Part shown: positions 16,733 to 23,831 of the stretch, in pieces
How positions within the stretch are numbered: position 1 is the stretch's first letter
Layout of the letters: the number at the start of each line of letters is the position of its first letter
Source of the DNA: an uncultured Thermoplasmata archaeon
Lineage (GTDB): Archaea > Thermoplasmatota > DTKX01 > DATEUP01
Direction of reading: 5' to 3'
Length of the DNA stretch: 54,327 nt
Assembly: GCA_965541515.1 (NCBI GenBank)
Contig: CBEUCC010000002.1
Coordinates: 1-54,327 of the forward strand
Notes under the pieces: generated by a model
Told to the model about the DNA's origin: nothing
Seen by the model: the letters and a program-made list of their open reading frames with translations, nothing else
Databases searched by the model: none
Translations under genes and position numbers: made by a program

Positions 16733-18535
16733 GTGGGTTGGTATCGCGTCCGGTGGGCGGCCCACGACGGCAAGTCCGACGCGGTCTTGCTCGGGGAAGT
16801 GCCGCTCGCATCTGGGCTTACGGAGGGCCTGCGCAAGGCGGCCGCGGAGGCGCGCCTATCGCTCGCGGCCGAGGACCTGAGCTCCGGCCATGAGTCCATC
16901 GTAGCGTTTGACGGGTCGCTCCTTTGGCCGATGCTCCACGCCGCCGCCGCCGAGACGCTCCTCGTGCTCTCGCCGGTGGGGGCGGCCGACTCCTACGAGG
17001 AGCAGGCAGGCGGGCAATTGCTCGCGACGTTCCTCCCTGCCGAACGGGTCGTGCGCGCAGACCTGCCCGGGGAAGCTGCCCACGTCGCGGCCGCCATCGA
17101 CGCCCTGCGGCCGCGCGTTGTCGGGCTGTCGCTCGCGGGAGAGGGGACCCGGCTCCAGGCGGCCGAACGGGCGGCCGAGCGTGCCTTGCACGAAGCGGTG
17201 CCGGGCACGCCCATGCTGCTCTCGTGCGAAGTGGGCCCGCTATGGGGTTGGTCGGACCGGCCGATCGAGAAGACGGCGGTCTCGTGCGCGCTCCTCCCGC
17301 TCGTCCAGGACGGCGTCGCCGGGCTGCGCGAGGGGCTCGGGGACGAGGAAACGCGGATTTGGTTCGCCTCGCTCGACGGGACGCTCATCCCCGCCGCGCT
17401 GGCGCACCGCCACCCATACTCCACGCTGCGGGGGCTGCCGCTCGTGTCGCTCTCCTACGGGGCGGCGTTCGGCCACGAGGCGGTGTCCGAGCCGTCGGTC
17501 GCGGCCGCGTCCTTCCACGAGATGTCGACGGCGGTCGCGATCCTGCCGCCCACGCCAGTCGGCCGCTCCCTGACGTCGCAGCTCTTGGGTTCCCACATTG
17601 AGAGCCTGGGGATCGGCGCGGAGACCCCCGTGGGCCGCGCGGAGGGCACGTGGCGTGTCGGCACGGGGGAGGGGCTCAAGCGCGCCGTCACGGTGCGTGA
17701 GGTCCTCGAGGCGGCCGGCCTCATTGCGACGGCACACCCCGAGGTGGGCCAGGAAGCGGCGGCCGACCTTTCCCAATGGGCGGACTTGGACCCGGACGGG
17801 GCCGTCTCGGGCGCGCTTGGCGCCATCTTCGACGCGTTTCGCGCCGCGCTCCAGCCACGGATCCGCCAGGCCGAGGGCGCCGCGTTTGTGGGGCCGCTCG
17901 CGGGGGCGCTCGCCGCGGAGTGCGTGCGCGGGCTCGCGGGCGGCGCGCGTGTCCCGCCGTGTTTCGGGGCCGGCGCTGCGCTTGGAGCACGCACTGCGCC
18001 CCGCTCGTCCCGCGCCGCGGAGACGTTCTCGCCTTCGGCCCCCGACCGAGCCGGGGCCGAGGCGCGCGCCGCGCTCGACGAGTTGATCGCGCTTGCGGTT
18101 GGGGACCTCGAGCCCTTGGGGTTCCGGCGTGACGCGCTGGCCGCCATGGTATGGGTCGAGGGCGCGCGCGACGCCCATGGCGTCTTCCCGGCGCTAGACC
18201 GCGAGAGCGGGCGCAAGGCCGCCGTGGCGCTCGAGTCCGACCTCGTCGGGAGGCAGGACGTCACGCTCCAGGTCGAGGTCTACCCGGCGAGCCAGCGCAA
18301 GGTCACCGCCTTCCGTGCGGCGCGCTCCCCGCTCACGTCGCTGCAGGAGCAACGTGTCGTCCTGGCCGGTGGCGGCGCGGAGGTCCTGCGAGTCACCCCT
18401 GCCGGCGCGCTGTCCAAGGGGGCCCCGACACAGGGACCCGCGCTCCTTTCTGACCCGACGGGGATGGTGTTCGTGCCAGAGGGGTTCGCAGCCCGGCCGG
18501 GCGAACCCGCGGGCGTGCGGATCGACCGGGTGTGA
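16733..18535 (+). CDS. hydantoinase/oxoprolinase (HyuA)-like protein, highly divergent and possibly non-catalytic
   Basis: 600-aa ORF. It is collinear, from my memory of the family, with hydantoinase A. 'VVGLSLAGEG...ERALHEAVPGTPMLLSCEV' resembles the region ending in '...vSLSSEV'. 'LRGLPLVSLSYGAAFG' corresponds to 'SGPAGGvvGA'. The C-terminus is 'LLSDPTGMVFVPEGFAARPGEPAGVRIDRV'. I cannot recognise the ASKHA DxGGT phosphate motifs. Confidence 0.5.
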   Translation: MGWYRVRWAAHDGKSDAVLLGEVPLASGLTEGLRKAAAEARLSLAAEDLSSGHESIVAFDGSLLWPMLHAAAAETLLVLSPVGAADSYEEQAGGQLLATFLPAERVVRADLPGEAAHVAAAIDALRPRVVGLSLAGEGTRLQAAERAAERALHEAVPGTPMLLSCEVGPLWGWSDRPIEKTAVSCALLPLVQDGVAGLREGLGDEETRIWFASLDGTLIPAALAHRHPYSTLRGLPLVSLSYGAAFGHEAVSEPSVAAASFHEMSTAVAILPPTPVGRSLTSQLLGSHIESLGIGAETPVGRAEGTWRVGTGEGLKRAVTVREVLEAAGLIATAHPEVGQEAAADLSQWADLDPDGAVSGALGAIFDAFRAALQPRIRQAEGAAFVGPLAGALAAECVRGLAGGARVPPCFGAGAALGARTAPRSSRAAETFSPSAPDRAGAEARAALDELIALAVGDLEPLGFRRDALAAMVWVEGARDAHGVFPALDRESGRKAAVALESDLVGRQDVTLQVEVYPASQRKVTAFRAARSPLTSLQEQRVVLAGGGAEVLRVTPAGALSKGAPTQGPALLSDPTGMVFVPEGFAARPGEPAGVRIDRV

Positions 18536-18552
18536 GCGCGACCGACGCGCCG

Positions 18553-19263
18553 TTACGGGCGGGGGCCCAGCAGGTGTCCCATCCGCTCGCGTTTCACGGT
18601 CAGGTAATCCTCGTTGGAGGGGTTGGGCGGCACATCGATGGGCACGCGCTCGTCCACAGGCACCCCGTACCTCCCGAGCTCCTCGATCTTCAACGGGTTG
18701 TTCGTCATCAGCCGGACGCTCTTCACATTGAGGATATGGAGCGCGCAGGCGGCGCAGTGGTAGGTTCGCATGTCGGCCGGGTAGCCCAGGAGCTCATTTG
18801 CCTCGATCGTGTCCGCGCCGTGATCCTGGAGGTTGTAGGCGCGCACCTTGTTGGCAAGGCCGATCCCGCGACCCTCCTGGCGCAGGTAGAGGACGAGCCC
18901 TGAGCCCTCCTTCTCGATCGCACGCAGAGCGACCGCGAGTTGCTCGCCGCAGTCGCATCGCCGCGACCCGAAGACGTCGCCCGTGAGGCATTCGGAGTGG
19001 ATGCGCAGGAGCACGCCCGACTTCCCGCGGACGTCCCCCTTCATGATTACGAGGTGGTCGCCGCCGCCCGTTTGGGTGGGTTGGCTGCAGCCGAACGCGA
19101 ACATCTGGAAGTCGCCGTGGTCGCTCGGGAGCGCCGTGAGGGCGGTCCGGTAGGCGAGGCGCTCGCATGCGTCGGGGCCGGGGCTTTGTGGTGGTGAAAG
19201 GTCAGAGCCCACGGCCGCTTGAGTCCGGGGAGGGTATTTGATGATTCGCTGAAAACCACGCAC
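18553..19263 (-). CDS. ribA: GTP cyclohydrolase II
   Basis: 'LLRIHSECLTGDVFGSRRCDCGEQL', 'LVLYLRQEGRGIGLANKVRAYNLQDHGADTIEAN' and 'MTNNPLKIEEL' form the canonical RibA core. An alternative in-frame GTG start exists at 19212. Confidence 0.9.
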   Translation of the reverse strand: MRGFQRIIKYPPRTQAAVGSDLSPPQSPGPDACERLAYRTALTALPSDHGDFQMFAFGCSQPTQTGGGDHLVIMKGDVRGKSGVLLRIHSECLTGDVFGSRRCDCGEQLAVALRAIEKEGSGLVLYLRQEGRGIGLANKVRAYNLQDHGADTIEANELLGYPADMRTYHCAACALHILNVKSVRLMTNNPLKIEELGRYGVPVDERVPIDVPPNPSNEDYLTVKRERMGHLLGPRP

Positions 19264-19409
19264 AATCCTCGGAGGGATTCACCGATGATTCCCACGGTGC
19301 CAAAACGGCCAGCGCCGGGTGTGAGACACATGTGAGATGGTGGCGGTGCCATGGGGTGCTCTTCTGGGAGCCGCCAGACGGCGGCCCGCTACCCTCTCGT
19401 TCCCAAAGC

Positions 19410-19417
19410 TTTCAAAA
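19410..19417 (+). promoter_or_regulatory. TATA-box-like element upstream of the MoaD/ThiS-like gene
   Basis: 'TTTCAAAA' lies 27 nt upstream of ATG 19444. That spacing fits a leaderless or short-leader archaeal mRNA. Confidence 0.3.
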
Positions 19418-19443
19418 GGTGCCTCGGGCTTCTTGCCGGAGCC

Positions 19444-19734
19444 ATGGTGCAGGGCGTCGCACAGGTCGAGGTACACCTTCCCCGCGCGCTTGCCAGGGAA
19501 TTCGGGCTGAAGGGGACGGTACCGGCCGAAGGCGCCAACCTCGAAGCGGCGCTCACGGGCCTGGACCGGAAGGCGCCCGGGCTCTCCGCGGCGGTGCTAG
19601 ACGACCAGGGTCGGGTGCGCAAGAACGTGATCGTGATCATCAACCGTGACACGGTAACCCACCTTGACCCACTGGCCGTGCGGCTCCGCGACGGGGACGC
19701 GGTGCATGTGTTGCCCCATGTGGCAGGTGGTTGA
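19444..19734 (+). CDS. MoaD/ThiS-family ubiquitin-like small protein ending in Gly-Gly
   Basis: 96 aa from ATG 19444. The protein ends '...VRLRDGDAVHVLPHVAGG*', the hallmark MoaD/ThiS/SAMP C-terminus. The ORF-track start 19351 adds an unlikely leader. Confidence 0.75.
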   Translation: MVQGVAQVEVHLPRALAREFGLKGTVPAEGANLEAALTGLDRKAPGLSAAVLDDQGRVRKNVIVIINRDTVTHLDPLAVRLRDGDAVHVLPHVAGG

Positions 19735-20863
19735 GTTGGCGGACATCAAGAAAGGCGAGACGCTCGTGATTGCAGGGACGAAGAAGGGGCTCTTTTTGCT
19801 CCACTCGCGAGACCGGAAGCGATGGAAGACGGAGGGCCCCTACATCGAAGGGATGCTTGTCCGCCACGCGATCTTGAGCCCCCACGACCACAAGACAATC
19901 TTCGCAAGTGGGCACTCCGGCCACTTCGGGCCCGGCATCTCGGTCTCGACCAACACAGGCGGGAGGTGGCGGCGTACGAAGGCGACTCCGCACTACGCGA
20001 AGGGCACGGGCCTTAGCGTCGAGGCGTTGTGGTCGTTCGCCCTGGACGACGACGGCGACCTGTTCGCGGGTGTCGAGCCCGCGGGGCTGTTCCGGTCGGG
20101 CGACAGGGGCAATTCCTGGGAGCCCGTGGACGGGCTGAACCAATGGGGCAGCCGGAAGGACTGGCAGCCCGGAAACGGGGGCTTGATGCTGCACACGATC
20201 CTCCCGTACCCTGGCGATCCCCGCAAGATGGTCGTGGGGATCTCATCGGTGGGGGTCTTCGGGACCAAGGACGGCGGCAAGTCGTGGAAGGCGATCTCCG
20301 GCGGCGTCCACGGCGTCTTCAACGTGGACAGGGTCATGAAGGACGGGGAGATCGGCAACTGCCCGCACAAGGTCGTGCGCGACGCGGCCGACCCGCGCAT
20401 GCTCTACATGCAGGACCACGCCGGTGTCTACCGGCGGACGGAGGGCGACGACACGTGGGTGCCGGCCGAGCGCGGGCTGCCGAGGTGGAAGTCGGAGAAG
20501 GGGCGGCGATGGACGTTCGGCTTCGCGATGGCCGCGCACCCCCGAAAGAAGGGGTGGGCGTACATGCTCCCCTTGGTCAGCGACTCGAACCGCGTCACGA
20601 AGGACGGGAAGGTCCGGGTGTGGCGGACGACGGACGGCGCCAGGAGTTGGAAGGAATCGTCGCGGGGCCTGCCCAAAAGCGGCGCGTACATGACAGTGCT
20701 GCGCGACGGGATGCGTACGGACACGAACGACCCGGCGGGCGTGTATTTCGGGACGACGACGGGGCAGGTCTACGCAAGCCGCAACGCGGGCTCGAGCTAC
20801 GCGCTCATCGCGAACAACCTCCCGCCAGTGCTGTCGGTCGAGGCGGGCGTCGTCGGCGGCTAG
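19718..20863 (+). CDS. BNR/Asp-box repeat beta-propeller protein (sialidase/xyloglucanase-like fold)
   Basis: Asp-box-like motifs are 'SGDRGNSW', 'TKDGGKSW', 'TTDGARSW' and 'SRNAGSSY'. ATG 19718 overlaps the MoaD-like 3' end by 17 nt. GTG 19727 is an alternative start. Confidence 0.8.
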   Translation: MWQVVELADIKKGETLVIAGTKKGLFLLHSRDRKRWKTEGPYIEGMLVRHAILSPHDHKTIFASGHSGHFGPGISVSTNTGGRWRRTKATPHYAKGTGLSVEALWSFALDDDGDLFAGVEPAGLFRSGDRGNSWEPVDGLNQWGSRKDWQPGNGGLMLHTILPYPGDPRKMVVGISSVGVFGTKDGGKSWKAISGGVHGVFNVDRVMKDGEIGNCPHKVVRDAADPRMLYMQDHAGVYRRTEGDDTWVPAERGLPRWKSEKGRRWTFGFAMAAHPRKKGWAYMLPLVSDSNRVTKDGKVRVWRTTDGARSWKESSRGLPKSGAYMTVLRDGMRTDTNDPAGVYFGTTTGQVYASRNAGSSYALIANNLPPVLSVEAGVVGG

Positions 20864-20870
20864 TCGCGTG

Positions 20871-21737
20871 TTATCCCTTCAGCGCCGCCGCGCGCTGACG
20901 CGTGACCTCAAAGAGTACGACAGCTGCGGCGGCCGATGCATTTAGCGACCCAACCTTCCCCGCGATGGGGATGGTCATGAGGAAGTCGCACCGCTCCTGG
21001 ACGAGCCGGTGGAGGCCGCGCGATTCCGACCCGATGACGACCACGAGGGGCCCCTTGAGGTCATACGCGTGGTAGGGCTTGCCGCCCGCCGGGACCGCAC
21101 CGCCCACCCACACGTCTTTCGCCTTGAGCCGCTCGAGGGCGCGCGCGGGGCTGGAGACCAAGGCGTGGGGCATGAGGAGGAGCGCGCCTGCCGAGGCGCG
21201 CATGGCACCTGGCCCGACGCCGGCCGAATGTTTTTCGGAGAGGATGAGGCCGTGGGCGCCTGCGGCCTCCGCCGACCGCGCGATCGCCCCCAGGTTCTGC
21301 GGGTCCTCGACGCCGTCGAGCAAGACCAGGAACGGGTCCTGTTGGAGCGCGGCGGCGCGCTCGAGGAGGCTTTCGATCTCGACGGGCGCCGGGGGGACGA
21401 CGTCGGCAGCGACGCCTTGGTGGTGGCCGGTGGAGGTGAGCGCGTCGAGCACTTCGGGGGCGACGCGCTCGACGATGACGCCGCGCGCCCGCGCCTCCGC
21501 CGCCACCTGGTCGAGCAGCGCGCTGGGCTCGGCACGCTGCGACACGCGCACTCGCAGGACCTTTGCCCCCGACCGAAGCGCCTCGAGCGCCGCGCGTCTG
21601 CCCTCGACCTGCAGGCGCTCGCCGCCGGCCGTCGGGCGCGGGCGTGCGCGCGTGCGTTTGGGCGCCACGGCCGGCAGTGTCGCTAGGCTACCATAAGCGC
21701 TTTCCCGGCCGCGCGGCGCCAGGGACGCAAGATCCAA
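20871..21737 (-). CDS. TrmH/SpoU-family RNA 2'-O-methyltransferase (RlmB-like)
   Basis: 'LLDGVEDPQNLGAIARSAEAAGAHGLIL', 'VIGSESRGL' and 'IPIAGKVGSLNASAAAAVVLFE' are the SpoU motifs. An N-terminal substrate-binding-like segment reads 'VEGRRAALEALRSGAKVLRVRV'. Confidence 0.85.
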   Translation of the reverse strand: MDLASLAPRGRESAYGSLATLPAVAPKRTRARPRPTAGGERLQVEGRRAALEALRSGAKVLRVRVSQRAEPSALLDQVAAEARARGVIVERVAPEVLDALTSTGHHQGVAADVVPPAPVEIESLLERAAALQQDPFLVLLDGVEDPQNLGAIARSAEAAGAHGLILSEKHSAGVGPGAMRASAGALLLMPHALVSSPARALERLKAKDVWVGGAVPAGGKPYHAYDLKGPLVVVIGSESRGLHRLVQERCDFLMTIPIAGKVGSLNASAAAAVVLFEVTRQRAAALKG

Positions 21738-21819
21738 CCCATTCTTGCCCCGTCTCCACCACGGCCCCGAAGCGCCCGGCGGCGAACCTTCATCTTAGCG
21801 CGCCCCCTGGCGCGAGACC

Positions 21820-23409
21820 GTGCGCAAGGAACTCTACGGGCCGGCGCCCCTGGCTCTGGGTGTCGTCGCGCTCGTGGCGGCTGTGCTTGCCACGAACGCG
21901 CCGGCCCCCGCCGACTGCGCGTGCCCGGTGGACTCCCCGGCGGACTTCGAGGCACGCGACGGCGCCGGGTACCCCGGGACCGCCTTGGGCGACACGGTCG
22001 TCGTCGACGGGCAGGTCGTGGCGGTCTTCCCCCACCCGATCGTCGAATCGCCATACCGGCTCATCCGAATGGCCGGGTCGCCGATCCAGTTCAACATCAC
22101 GGAGCTGGACGCGCCGGTCCCCTTCGAGGGCGCGTGGGTGCGCGTCACGACGGTGCACCAAGGTCAAAGCGAGTCGGGCGGGCCGGAGACGGGCCACCGG
22201 TGGCGGTACACGGGTCCGACGACACCTGAGGGCGACGCCGTTGTCCCGCTCACCGGGTACTCGGTCGGCCTGGTGGGGGTGCTGTGGGGTCTTGCGACAC
22301 TCCGCCTGTTCCAGCGGACGAAAGAGACGGAGCGGTCGCTGAAGACGCGCCACGCCCGTGCAAGGGACGCTGCGGGCGCCGAGCCGGCGGTTGCGCGGGA
22401 TTCCAAGGCGCTGAATGCGCTCTCGGCGGCGCGTCGCGAGATCCGTTTCGGGCAACTCGACTCGGCGGCCGAGACCCTCTCCAGGTTCGAGGAGTTGCTC
22501 ACCCGCGCGCAGGGTGTGGGGAAGATGTCCGCGGAGATTGGGGCAACGCTGTCGCAGCAGGAGGACGCCGTCGGGTCGTCGGGGAATTCGTCAGCTCGCG
22601 TGCTGGTGGAGAAGGCCGCCGAACACCATGGGGCCGGTGACCTGGCCGGCGCCGAGGCGACGTTGGACCTGGCGATGGTAGAGTTGCGGGCCGGCGCGCG
22701 CGCGGCCGACCTGCTGCGGCGGGCGCGCGCCCTCTCGGGAGAGGGGCCAGACGACGCAGGAGCGGCCGAGCGGGTCACGTCCGCAGCGGCTGAGGCAGAG
22801 CGCCTCCTGCGAGCAGGCAAGTGGGCGGAGGCCGACACGGCCGCGGCCAAAGCCGTGGTCGTCGCGGTCGCCGCCTCCCCGCTCGCGCGCCGCGCGAAGC
22901 GCGCCATGGGGGCGCTCGAGGAGTCCATGCACGCAAACCGCACGGGCGACGCGCCGCGCGAGGTCTCGCACCAGTTGGCGGCGGCTCGGTCCGCGTTCGC
23001 GAGCGGCGACTACCGCCGGGCCGAGGCGCTAGCCGAGTCGGCCCGGTGGCTGGTTGACGAGCAGGCGCTTGACGAGGAGGGGTTCCGCGACCTGATGGCG
23101 CGCCTGTGGGAGGCGCGCGGCTACCGTGCGGACGAGGGCGCCGGGCGACCCCCGGCCGGTGGCCTCGTCGTATCGAAGGGCGCAGAGCGCCTGCTGCTGC
23201 TCACGGGGTCCTGGCGCGAGTTCCCGACCGAGCGGTTGTTGCTGGCAGCCAAGGACTTCCTGCGGGAGGGCCACGCCCAGCGCGCGCGGGTGTACTCGTC
23301 AGCGTTTGCAAACACCAGCACGGACCCGACCATCACGGTCGTCACATCGCGCGAGCTGCTTGCCGAGCTTGCGGAGGCGGCGGCCCTCGAAGACGACCGT
23401 CCGGGCTAG
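21820..23409 (+). CDS. hypothetical bitopic membrane protein with a beta-rich ectodomain, an Ala-rich helical region and a degenerate Mrr/restriction-endonuclease-like C-terminus
   Basis: GTG start. TM1 is 'LALGVVALVAAVLA' and TM2 is 'GYSVGLVGVLWGLATLRLF'. A long Ala/Arg/Glu helical region follows. The C-terminal 'FRDLMARLWEARGYRADEG...GGLVVSKGAERLLLLTGSWREF...ITVVTSRELLAEL' resembles the Mrr_cat layout but lacks the acidic and Lys catalytic residues. Confidence 0.55.
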   Translation: MRKELYGPAPLALGVVALVAAVLATNAPAPADCACPVDSPADFEARDGAGYPGTALGDTVVVDGQVVAVFPHPIVESPYRLIRMAGSPIQFNITELDAPVPFEGAWVRVTTVHQGQSESGGPETGHRWRYTGPTTPEGDAVVPLTGYSVGLVGVLWGLATLRLFQRTKETERSLKTRHARARDAAGAEPAVARDSKALNALSAARREIRFGQLDSAAETLSRFEELLTRAQGVGKMSAEIGATLSQQEDAVGSSGNSSARVLVEKAAEHHGAGDLAGAEATLDLAMVELRAGARAADLLRRARALSGEGPDDAGAAERVTSAAAEAERLLRAGKWAEADTAAAKAVVVAVAASPLARRAKRAMGALEESMHANRTGDAPREVSHQLAAARSAFASGDYRRAEALAESARWLVDEQALDEEGFRDLMARLWEARGYRADEGAGRPPAGGLVVSKGAERLLLLTGSWREFPTERLLLAAKDFLREGHAQRARVYSSAFANTSTDPTITVVTSRELLAELAEAAALEDDRPG

Positions 23410-23642
23410 GGACAGCAGGGGACGCGCGCGCTGCGGTGCAGGTGCATCCGGGGCTAGCCGCGACCGGGACACAGCAGGATACGGGCACACAGATGCTCAC
23501 CGTTTCGCGGTCGGCGCCCAGCGACCTCCATGCCATCCATTCGACGGACGCGACATCCGTGCGGTTCACGATGGGGTTCTTCGAGAGCCCGCGGTGCCAC
23601 ACGGCCTGAGCGCGGGCCCCGGCGTGGAGAGGAGGGTTGGAG

Positions 23643-23714
23643 AGCCGCTGGAGGGAATCGAACCCCCGGCCTACACCTTACCAAGGTGTCGCTATACCCC
23701 TTAGCCACAGCGGC
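23643..23714 (-). tRNA. tRNA-Thr (anticodon GGU)
   Basis: The manual cloverleaf is 72 nt. Acceptor stem GCCGCUG/CAGCGGC; D-arm GCUA-AGGGGUA-UAGC; anticodon arm ACACC-UUGGUAA-GGUGU. Variable loop AGGCC; T-arm GGGGG-UUCGAUU-CCCUC; discriminator U. No CCA is encoded. Confidence 0.85.
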
Positions 23715-23831
23715 GCGGGGTCGGCCAATGGGGGGGGCCCATTTGAGGCTTTGGGGACGCTGGACACAGGCCCGATGACAACGCGCGTCGGCGCCCAAGC
23801 CTTTTCAACGCACCCGCAAGTGCGATCCCCG

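Noticed and set aside
16728-16760. ATG 16728 in another frame encodes 'MKWVGIASGG', reminiscent of the ASKHA 'GIDxGGT' phosphate-1 motif. The called frame continues '...GKSDAVLLGE', so a -1 frameshift could restore a hydantoinase-like N-terminus
   Set aside because: There is no slippery sequence, and the joined sequence would still carry extra residues relative to the motif. The protein's second phosphate motif is also eroded, so an intact N-terminal motif is not required. This is worth checking only against raw reads.
19236-19290. C-box-like 'TGATGA', 'CTGA' and a second 'GATGA' in the ribA/moaD-like intergenic region, suggesting a C/D box sRNA
   Set aside because: The CTGA follows the C box after only 4 nt, there is no terminal D box, and there is no terminal stem. 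The region may also be ribA coding sequence if ribA starts at 19263.
23410-23642. The region flanking the tRNA-Thr 3' end, examined for an integrated element (integrase, direct repeat of the tRNA 3' end)
   Set aside because: There is no integrase or transposase-like ORF anywhere in the window, and I could find no repeat of the tRNA 3' segment by eye. A computational repeat search would be needed for certainty.
23730-23737. G8/C9 homopolymer tracts (1241-1248, 23730-23737, 33420-33428, 41723-41730) and the GGCCCCCC-TGC-GGGGGGGCC inverted repeat at 28787-28806, considered as phase-variation or frameshift sites
   Set aside because: The tracts at 1241 and 33420 sit in ORFs that stay in frame with intact downstream motifs. 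The others are intergenic. There is no evidence of frame disruption, although they are error-prone spots worth checking in reads.
23637-23831. N-terminal extension of the NFACT ORF from the ORF-track start
   Set aside because: It reads antisense straight through the tRNA-Thr gene. The NFACT-N homology begins only at ATG 23832.
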